This document shows positions 18,133 to 24,860 of a stretch of 24,860 nt of DNA, piece after piece. Made by a program: the position numbers and the translations under genes. The stretch's first letter is position 1; every line of letters starts with the position of its first letter. The notes under the pieces were generated by a model. It saw only the letters and a program-made list of their open reading frames with translations. It had not been told where the DNA came from and searched no databases. The DNA is taken from contig CAYHSB010000005.1 in the NCBI GenBank assembly GCA_964359185.1, positions 1-24,860 of the forward strand. Direction: 5' to 3'. Origin of the DNA: an uncultured Chitinophagales bacterium (GTDB lineage: Bacteria; Bacteroidota; Ignavibacteria; UBA10030; JAHEZR01).

Positions 18133-18173
18133 TGTCTCTCTCTGTGGTTAGATTGCTCAGAAGGAAAGATACC

Positions 18174-18202
18174 TTGACAAACAGATTGAAATGTGTTATT
18201 TT
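18174..18202 (+). promoter_or_regulatory. sigma70-type promoter for the hrcA operon
   Basis: TTGACA (18174-18179), 17-nt spacer, TGt-TATTTT (18197-18202), about 43 nt upstream of the hrcA ATG. Confidence 0.65.
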
Positions 18203-18245
18203 TATTGCGAAATAATCGACTTTCGTGAACAAGCGTTGATCCTCT

Positions 18246-19274
18246 ATGAGCGAACAACTCTCTGAAAGACAGAGGACAATTCTCCGGTACACAATCGGAG
18301 ACTATATTGCCTCAGCGACACCCGTTGGGTCACGCGCTATTTCGCGGCGACACCAGCTTGGATTGAGTCCGGCCACCATCCGCAATGTTATGGCAGACCT
18401 CGAGGAACTCGGCTACATTAACCAGCCTCACACTTCCGCCGGGAGGATGCCAACGGACAAAGGGTACCGATTCTTCGTCAATGAACTTCTTAAACTGGAA
18501 GAGGTATCAGACTCTGAGCGAAAAACGATAGTGAAGACGCTTGAGCACACACAAGAACCCGAAGAGCTCCTCAAGGAAGCGTCGAGGATCCTTGGCAAAA
18601 TCTCGCATCAGCTGAGCCTTGTCTCGACACCCCAGATTAGCAGCGCGAAATTCGAGCGACTCGAGTTGTTCAACGTGTCGAGCACCAAGATACTGGTGGT
18701 TCTCTCAGTCAAGTCTGGAATTGTAAAGACAATCATGATGGAAGTCTCCTCCGAGGTACACCGAGAGAAGCTCGACGAGGTAAGCCGCATTCTGAACGAG
18801 AGGCTAAGCGGCCTAAGCTTGCATCAAATCCGGGAGACCTTCGCAACCCGTGTTAAGGATGTGAAAGACGACGAGACTGGGATTATTCGTCTCCTGCTGA
18901 GCTCAAAGGATAGGCTTTTCGATGATGTCCTGAATTGGAGTCACGTGCACATCGGTGGCACGCCCGAAGCGATGCAGCAGCCGGAGTTCGAGGATCCCAA
19001 GAATTTTCGGGCGTTCCTTAGTCTCGTCGACGACGAGGAATTGATGGCCCAGGTTGTGGAAAAACGGGACTCAAAGCCTGGTGAAGCCACGGTGACGATC
19101 GGACAAGAGCACTGCGAAGAGAAATTGAGACACTACAGCATCGTGACTTCAGTCTACAAGGTCGGCGATGTTGTTGGAACTGTCGGTATCATTGGACCGA
19201 AGCGTATGGCCTACTCAAAAATAATTCCGCTGGTCGACCACATGGCTAGAACGATTGCATCACTGTTATCCTGA
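18246..19274 (+). CDS. hrcA: Heat-inducible transcription repressor HrcA
   Basis: L.ERQ..IL, PVGSR, LSPATIRNVMADLEELGYI.QPHTSAGRMPTDKGYRFFV, VGIIGPKRM.Y. Confidence 0.97.
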   Translation: MSEQLSERQRTILRYTIGDYIASATPVGSRAISRRHQLGLSPATIRNVMADLEELGYINQPHTSAGRMPTDKGYRFFVNELLKLEEVSDSERKTIVKTLEHTQEPEELLKEASRILGKISHQLSLVSTPQISSAKFERLELFNVSSTKILVVLSVKSGIVKTIMMEVSSEVHREKLDEVSRILNERLSGLSLHQIRETFATRVKDVKDDETGIIRLLLSSKDRLFDDVLNWSHVHIGGTPEAMQQPEFEDPKNFRAFLSLVDDEELMAQVVEKRDSKPGEATVTIGQEHCEEKLRHYSIVTSVYKVGDVVGTVGIIGPKRMAYSKIIPLVDHMARTIASLLS

Positions 19275-19299
19275 AAAGAGAGCACGGGGAAAGCAACCA

Positions 19300-19977
19300 A
19301 TGACAGAAGACAAAATCCCAAAAGACGAAGAGCCCGAGAGGGAAGAAAGCGAAGGACTTCCAAAGGGAGAAGTTCCAGAAGAAGCCCTGTTGACACCTGT
19401 ATCAGAGCCCCCTTCCGAACTAGAGACTTTGAGAGCAAAGGTGCCTGAACTAGAGAAATCTGTTGAACTTTACAAAGATCAGTTTCTCCGGAAAGCGGCC
19501 GAGTTTGAAAACTTCAAGAAGCGAATGGAGATCGACCACCTTAATGTCACTCGCTACGCAAACGAAGGACTCGTCTTTGAACTTCTCCCTGTTCTTGACG
19601 ACCTGACACGCTCCCTGAAGATCGGAAAAGGACGACGAGAGTTTGGTTCCTTCTATAAGGGTGTCGAACTTATTCATTCAAAGCTGCTGAAGACCCTCGA
19701 GGCTCAAGGCCTGAAGCCAATCGAAGCGCTCGGACAAGAATTCGATGTAGACTACCACGAGGCATTGATGCAGATGGCGAAGGAAAACGTACCACCTCAT
19801 ACCGTGATAGAAGAGATCGAGAAAGGGTACATGCTCTACGACAAAGTCATCCGTCACTCAAAAGTCATCGTGTCAGGGGATTCAATCGACAAAAGCGGTG
19901 GGATATCCAATGAGACTTCTGACAAGAAGGACGAAACGAAGAGAAGCGATGAGAACACTGGAAAAGAAACTCAATGA
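19300..19977 (+). CDS. grpE: Nucleotide exchange factor GrpE
   Basis: Likely start MTEDK at 19300; [47 protein letters not shown]. Confidence 0.96.
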   Translation: MTEDKIPKDEEPEREESEGLPKGEVPEEALLTPVSEPPSELETLRAKVPELEKSVELYKDQFLRKAAEFENFKKRMEIDHLNVTRYANEGLVFELLPVLDDLTRSLKIGKGRREFGSFYKGVELIHSKLLKTLEAQGLKPIEALGQEFDVDYHEALMQMAKENVPPHTVIEEIEKGYMLYDKVIRHSKVIVSGDSIDKSGGISNETSDKKDETKRSDENTGKETQ

Positions 19978-21146
19978 GCAAACGAGACTACTACGAGATC
20001 TTAGGAGTGTCCCGCAATGCGTCGCGGGATGATATCAAAAAAGCATATCGCAAGTTCGCCCTCCAATATCATCCCGACAGGAATCCAGGAAACAAAGAGG
20101 CTGAGGAAAAGTTTAAAGAAGCGGCTGAAGCCTACGAGGTTCTCAACGACGATCAGAAGCGTCGGCGCTATGATCAATTCGGACACGAGGGAATGCGGCC
20201 TGGATACGACTATCGTGGCTTCACCGATATCAATGACATCTTTAACGCATTCGGCGATATCTTCAGCGGTGGATTCGGCGGGAGCATTTTCGACGAAGTC
20301 TTCACCACCGGGCGGACTCGGCCGCGGAGCGCCACAGGTGGAACACCGGGCTCTGACCTGAAAGTTCGACTGAGACTTACTCTCGAGGAAATCGCAAGCG
20401 GGGTCGAAAAAAAACTCAAGATCAAGAAAGCACGCAAGTGTGAAACCTGCGGTGGCAGCGGGGCGAGGCCTGGTACTGGCCGTACTGTTTGTCCGGCGTG
20501 CCAGGGATCCGGTGAGACTCGGCATGTTTCCCGCTCAGTCTTTGGACAATTTGTGAGCATCACAACTTGTTCGACCTGCGAGGGCGAGGGAAAGATCATC
20601 AAAGAGCAATGCTCTACCTGCAGAGGAGACGGGAGAGTCCAGGGCGAAACCACAATCAAAGTGAATGTCCCGGCTGGAGTCACTGAGGGGAACTACATCC
20701 CGTTGCGGGGGCAAGGAAATACCGGGCGCCACGGCGGACCAGCGGGTGACCTGATCGTCGTTATCGAGGAGGAGCCCCACGAGTATTTTACTCGAAACGG
20801 GGACGACATACTCTACACTCTTCTCATCAGTTATCCAGAGGCTGCCCTCGGTGCAGATGTGGAAGTTCCAACCCTCAACGGCCGCGCACGCTTGAAGATC
20901 GAACCCGGCACGCAGCCGGGACAGGTTCTAAGGATGCGCGAGAAAGGCATTGGACACCTCAACAGTTATGGCCGCGGTGATCAACTGGTCCAGATCGACG
21001 TCTGGATCCCAACGCGAGTGAGTAGCAAAATGAAGGAGCTCCTTAGGGAACTCTCCGCCGAAGAGACCGTCAAGCCGAGCGAGACCGAAAAGAAATCACA
21101 CTCCCGCAAGACCTTCTTTGACAAGGTAAAGGACACCTTTTCCTGA
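19974..21146 (+). CDS. dnaJ: Molecular chaperone DnaJ
   Basis: J domain with HPD, G/F-rich region, four CxxCxGxG zinc-finger repeats; ATGA overlap with grpE. Confidence 0.98.
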   Translation: MSKRDYYEILGVSRNASRDDIKKAYRKFALQYHPDRNPGNKEAEEKFKEAAEAYEVLNDDQKRRRYDQFGHEGMRPGYDYRGFTDINDIFNAFGDIFSGGFGGSIFDEVFTTGRTRPRSATGGTPGSDLKVRLRLTLEEIASGVEKKLKIKKARKCETCGGSGARPGTGRTVCPACQGSGETRHVSRSVFGQFVSITTCSTCEGEGKIIKEQCSTCRGDGRVQGETTIKVNVPAGVTEGNYIPLRGQGNTGRHGGPAGDLIVVIEEEPHEYFTRNGDDILYTLLISYPEAALGADVEVPTLNGRARLKIEPGTQPGQVLRMREKGIGHLNSYGRGDQLVQIDVWIPTRVSSKMKELLRELSAEETVKPSETEKKSHSRKTFFDKVKDTFS

Positions 21147-21149
21147 GTC

Positions 21150-21662
21150 ATGCGCCTCCTAACGAAATTCAACCAGTTTTTCGGTTTCACTCCGACCGAA
21201 AGTAAGGTCGTCTTCTTCCTCGTCATTACTTTCCTCGTCGGAGGCGGAGTGAAACTCTACAGAATCTACTTCCCTCAAAATCTATCTACCCGCTTCGATT
21301 ATTCGGAAGCGGACCAAGAATTCGCTCAACGATCAAAGAGGATAGATTCCCTTCAAACAACACCCGGCGGTCGTCAAATGTCGGATCAAGACAGAACGGC
21401 ATCATCCCGAGCGGCGAAACGTACATCATCCCCAACTGCAAAGACAACAAAGGGAATTCGGCCCGGAACAGTCATCAACCTTAACACCGCTTCGAAAGAA
21501 GAGCTGATGTGGCTACCCGGTATTGGAGAAGCCATGGCTGAGCGCATCCTGCTTCATCGAGAAGAAAATGGAAAATTCAAGAACGTAGCAGAGTTGAAAA
21601 GCATCAAGGGGATCGGTGAAAAGAAGTTTGAAAAGATCCGTCCGTTGGTAAAGGTCGAATAA
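21150..21662 (+). CDS. ComEA-family helix-hairpin-helix DNA-binding protein
   Basis: N-terminal TM anchor, flexible linker, INLNTASKEELMWLPGIGEAMAERI...LKSIKGIGEKKFEKI. Confidence 0.88.
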   Translation: MRLLTKFNQFFGFTPTESKVVFFLVITFLVGGGVKLYRIYFPQNLSTRFDYSEADQEFAQRSKRIDSLQTTPGGRQMSDQDRTASSRAAKRTSSPTAKTTKGIRPGTVINLNTASKEELMWLPGIGEAMAERILLHREENGKFKNVAELKSIKGIGEKKFEKIRPLVKVE

Positions 21663-21668
21663 GAACTC

Positions 21669-22592
21669 ATGAAACGGTCAAATAAGTACTCGGCCATCCA
21701 GTTCTACGGTAAGCGAATCGTAGCCGTCGAGATGATCCATCGAGAAACCGAATTCGAAATGGCGTCGATCGCTGAGCGAGAAGGTTCAGTGAACTGCTCT
21801 GAAATTTTCGCGTCTCTATCAAATGTCGATCCAGCTCTCGTTGGAACACTTGCGGATGAACTCAACTCGATCCGAAAGGCCGGGGGTATCGATGCACCGA
21901 ACGTTTCAATTTGTCTTGATAGCCGCTGGGTCTTCATCCATTCTTTTCCCCTGGACGAAAGCTTCTCTGAGTCCGAACGCACGAATCACATCGCGTGGGA
22001 ACTTTCAAACTACCTTGCTCCCTCGAAGTATGAGGACTATATTACGGGTACGGCGAGATTGGAGGAGCTTGGCGTTCCAGGCACTTCGCTCATACTCTCA
22101 GCTTCTGCAAGGCGAGATCTTATTTCTCTCTTTAGACAAGTCGTGTCAAGGCTCAACCTGCACCTTATTGTCATCGACGTTGACCACTTCGGGGCAGAGC
22201 ATGCCCTGCGGTGGAATTATCCTGAAATCGAACAAGAGACCATCGCTCTCTTTGGAATTAAACCGAGTCGAGTTGAAGCGACCCTATTTGAGAATGGCAG
22301 ATCAGTCCAGTACCAATGGAGAGAGGCCCATGATGAGGAGTTGGCACAGAACTTTCTTCAACATTTTCTCGCTCAAAGTTCAAATGGGAAACCCTCGCCG
22401 AAGAAGGTGTATGTTTACGGGGAGCAGGCTAACCCTTCAATCCTCTCGATGCTCGAGAAGGCTAATTCGCCCACGGTAGAATTCCTTGACCCGACCCGTC
22501 GAGTAATCCTACCCCGCCGCTTGCGGCGCATGGAACGATCCACCTTCCAACAATATGCGCCTGCTATCGGCATCGCAATGAGGGAACAGTAA
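21669..22592 (+). CDS. Hypothetical PilM/FtsA-like (actin-fold) protein
   Basis: By-eye similarity to PilM: IAWELSNYL, VIDVDHFGAEHAL, VYVYG, C-terminal YAPAIGIAMR; the DxG nucleotide motifs are not recognisable. Confidence 0.55.
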   Translation: MKRSNKYSAIQFYGKRIVAVEMIHRETEFEMASIAEREGSVNCSEIFASLSNVDPALVGTLADELNSIRKAGGIDAPNVSICLDSRWVFIHSFPLDESFSESERTNHIAWELSNYLAPSKYEDYITGTARLEELGVPGTSLILSASARRDLISLFRQVVSRLNLHLIVIDVDHFGAEHALRWNYPEIEQETIALFGIKPSRVEATLFENGRSVQYQWREAHDEELAQNFLQHFLAQSSNGKPSPKKVYVYGEQANPSILSMLEKANSPTVEFLDPTRRVILPRRLRRMERSTFQQYAPAIGIAMREQ

Positions 22593-22595
22593 ACG

Positions 22596-23174
22596 ATGCG
22601 CGTCATTTCGGGCACATACAAGGGGAGAATCTTGAGGTCTGTCCGAGATCCACGCGTTCGGCCTGCGACTGACCGCGTGAAGGAATCAATCTTCAACATT
22701 CTTCAGAACCGATTCGATATCCGCGGAGCTCGCGTCCTTGATCTGTTTGCAGGTAGCGGCAGTCTCGGATTTGAAGCCTTGAGTCGAGGTGCAGCCGAGG
22801 TCGTATTCGTCGATGAATGGCAGGGGGCGACAATGGCTATTGAAGAGAATATTAAGCTCTTGCTCTGTCAGGATCGATGCCAGGTGATTAAAGCGGACGT
22901 CTACAAGTTTCTTCGCCACGCTGATCGTCAGTACGACCTTGTCTTTGTCGATCCACCCTATCGATTAGAGAATGCGGTAGACCTACCACGCCGCATCTTT
23001 GATCGAAGCCTCGCAGCGCCGTCCGGATTTGTCATTATGGAGCATGCAGCTAGGGTAGGAGTCGAGCCGAGCGATGGCTTTGAACTTCTTCTCGAACGAA
23101 CTTTTGGGAATACGAAGGTTTCGTTTTTCATGGCCGCTCAGAGTACGGCGGCCCCACGCTCAACAACGCCTTGA
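22596..23174 (+). CDS. rsmD: 16S rRNA m2G966 methyltransferase
   Basis: MRVISG, RPATDRVKESIFNIL, VLDLFAGSGSLGFEALSRGA, DLVFVDPPY, FGNT. Confidence 0.96.
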   Translation: MRVISGTYKGRILRSVRDPRVRPATDRVKESIFNILQNRFDIRGARVLDLFAGSGSLGFEALSRGAAEVVFVDEWQGATMAIEENIKLLLCQDRCQVIKADVYKFLRHADRQYDLVFVDPPYRLENAVDLPRRIFDRSLAAPSGFVIMEHAARVGVEPSDGFELLLERTFGNTKVSFFMAAQSTAAPRSTTP

Positions 23175-23182
23175 GAACGAAA

Positions 23183-23677
23183 ATGAAAATCGCAATCTAT
23201 CCCGGGACTTTTGACCCTATTACGAATGGCCACATTGACGTCCTTGAACGGGCGATTGAAATTTTTGATAAAGTTATCGTTACCGTCGCCCGAAACTCCG
23301 CGAAGAACCCGATGTTCAGTGACGATGAACGGGTCGAAATAATTAAGAAGGTGGTGAAAAGGTACGGGAAGAAAGTAGAGGTTGACAGCTTCTCAGGACT
23401 TCTCGTTGACTATGCGAAGGCCAAGCATGCAGTCGCGATTGTCCGCGGCCTCAGAGCCATCTCCGATTTCGAATACGAATTTCAGATGGCCCTGATGAAT
23501 CGCAAGCTCTCGAAGGGGGTCTTCACTCTGTATCTCATGCCGCATGAGCGCTACACCTACCTAAACTCCAGCATCGTAAGAGAAATCGCCTCTTTGGGAG
23601 GAGACATCAGCAACTTTGTGCCCAAGTACGTAGCACGAAGACTCCTTCAGAAAACAGGCTCCAAAAAAGGAAAGTAA
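23183..23677 (+). CDS. coaD: Pantetheine-phosphate adenylyltransferase
   Basis: Likely start MKIAIYPGTFDPITNGH at 23183; VRGLRAISDFEYEFQMALMNR, SSIVREIA. Confidence 0.97.
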   Translation: MKIAIYPGTFDPITNGHIDVLERAIEIFDKVIVTVARNSAKNPMFSDDERVEIIKKVVKRYGKKVEVDSFSGLLVDYAKAKHAVAIVRGLRAISDFEYEFQMALMNRKLSKGVFTLYLMPHERYTYLNSSIVREIASLGGDISNFVPKYVARRLLQKTGSKKGK

Positions 23678-23756
23678 CCTGCGCCGTGCTGTAGCTATCG
23701 AAGAAGGTGGCTTCAGTCAGGAATCGAAGATGTTCCTGTCCAGGGAAATCGCTCGA

Positions 23757-23784
23757 TAGACGAGGTCTGGAGAGACCACGTCTA
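23757..23784. terminator. GC-rich hairpin between convergent coaD and pckA; possible terminator or 3' stabiliser
   Basis: TAGACG-A-GGTCT-GGAG-AGACC-A-CGTCTA, an 11-bp stem with one A:A mismatch, 5 nt past the pckA stop. No clear U-tract on either side. Confidence 0.45.
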
Positions 23785-23789
23785 CAGAT

Positions 23790-24860
23790 TCACAGCTTTG
23801 GTCCCGCTGCGATAGTCTCCTGCGGGCATCCAGCCTCATACTTCTTGAAGTTTTCAATGAACCTCGAAGCAAGCTGCCGGTATTTTTGCATGTAGGTTTC
23901 TTTACTTGGCCATGCTGCCGCAGGATTCAAAACGCTCGAGGGTATTTCATCGCAGGTCTCTGGCACCTCGAACCCGAAGACAGGGTCGACGCCGTATTTC
24001 ACCTTCAACAGTTTACCATCAAGCGCCGCATTCAACAGACCTCGAGTGTATTTGATGCTGATTCGCTTCCCCACGCCATAAGGTCCCCCAACCCAGCCCG
24101 TGTTAACCAACCAGCAGTTCACACCATACTTCAAGATTTTCCGCTTCAGCAGATCGGCATAAAAGTATGGGTGATGAACCATGAACGGTGCGCCGAAACA
24201 GGTGCTGAAGGTCATCTCGGGTTCTTTGCCAAGACCCACTTCTGTGCCGGCGATTTTCGAAGTGTAGCCCGAAATGAATTGGTAGAGAGTCTGGTCAGGA
24301 GTCAGCTTTGCTATCGGTGGCATGACTCCGGAGGCATCACAGGTCAGGAGGATGATATTCTTCGGGTGACCGCCAACTTTTTCTGGTACAGCATTCTCGA
24401 TGTAATCGAGCGGGTACGATGCGCGTGTATTCTCCGTGATTGACGGATCATCAAGATCAATCATTCGGGTGACGGGATCAAAGACAACATTCTCAAGGAT
24501 TGTCCCAAACTTCCTTGTACACGCGTAAATCTGTGGCTCCGCAGTCGGAGAGAGTTGGATCACCTTTGCGTAGCAGCCGCCCTCAAAGTTAAAGATTCCA
24601 TCATCGCTCCACCCGTGTTCGTCGTCACCGATCAGCCGACGCTGTGGATCGGCAGAAAGCGTTGTCTTTCCAGTTCCCGAAAGTCCAAAGAAGATTGCCG
24701 TATCCCCGTCTCTGCCAATGTTTGCCGAACAGTGCATCGGCATCACACCTTCGAGAGGAAGAAGGTAGTTCAGGATTGTGAAGAAGGACTTCTTGATCTC
24801 TCCGGCGTACGCAGTATTCCCAATGATGCACAACCTCTGCTCGAAGTTAAGCACGATAAA
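23790..24860 (-). CDS. pckA: Phosphoenolpyruvate carboxykinase (ATP); partial, 5' end beyond the right edge
   Basis: [69 protein letters not shown]; frame open to the window end. Confidence 0.98.
   Translation of the reverse strand, partial: FIVLNFEQRLCIIGNTAYAGEIKKSFFTILNYLLPLEGVMPMHCSANIGRDGDTAIFFGLSGTGKTTLSADPQRRLIGDDEHGWSDDGIFNFEGGCYAKVIQLSPTAEPQIYACTRKFGTILENVVFDPVTRMIDLDDPSITENTRASYPLDYIENAVPEKVGGHPKNIILLTCDASGVMPPIAKLTPDQTLYQFISGYTSKIAGTEVGLGKEPEMTFSTCFGAPFMVHHPYFYADLLKRKILKYGVNCWLVNTGWVGGPYGVGKRISIKYTRGLLNAALDGKLLKVKYGVDPVFGFEVPETCDEIPSSVLNPAAAWPSKETYMQKYRQLASRFIENFKKYEAGCPQETIAAGPKL

Noticed and set aside
17524-18292. Several 60-103 aa ORFs in the RNase-hrcA intergenic region
   Set aside because: They are read-throughs of the SRP RNA, tRNA and promoter sequences with no protein-like signal.
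1-24860. Searched for CRISPR repeats, transposases, integrases, prophage, retron and other defence genes, and frameshifted protein pseudogenes
   Set aside because: None seen. Nearly all coding space is explained by intact housekeeping genes, and the remaining antisense ORFs are shadows of them.

Overview
A mostly housekeeping window from a ~51% GC-range bacterium. Gene content, Shine-Dalgarno sites and sigma70-type TTGACA/TATAAT-like promoters point to an Ignavibacteria/Chlorobi-like member of the FCB group (inference). The minus strand, read right to left from about 18.1 kb, carries tRNA-Ala(CGC), SRP RNA, RNase E/G, transaldolase, gcvT, a comB-like phosphatase, ftsK, lolA, a UPF0104 flippase-like protein, UDP-glucose dehydrogenase, an outer-membrane beta-barrel, uppP, a cyclophilin, holA, a PD40-amidohydrolase fusion and a DPP-IV-like S9 peptidase (cut by the left edge). 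The plus strand carries hrcA-grpE-dnaJ-comEA-like-pilM-like-rsmD-coaD, converging on pckA (cut by the right edge). I found no transposase, integrase, CRISPR array or defence system. The best oddities are small: (1) a 54-bp GC-rich palindrome sitting exactly in frame as 18 extra codons in the amidohydrolase gene; (2) a ~235-nt structured tRNA leader containing a degenerate, insertion-bearing tRNA-Ala(TGC)-like copy whose 3' end can pair with the 5' end of the real tRNA; (3) an SRP RNA with an extra branching hairpin; (4) an orphan PilM-like protein with eroded ATP motifs next to ComEA. None is shown to be a new system; all calls come from reading motifs by eye, with no database searches.
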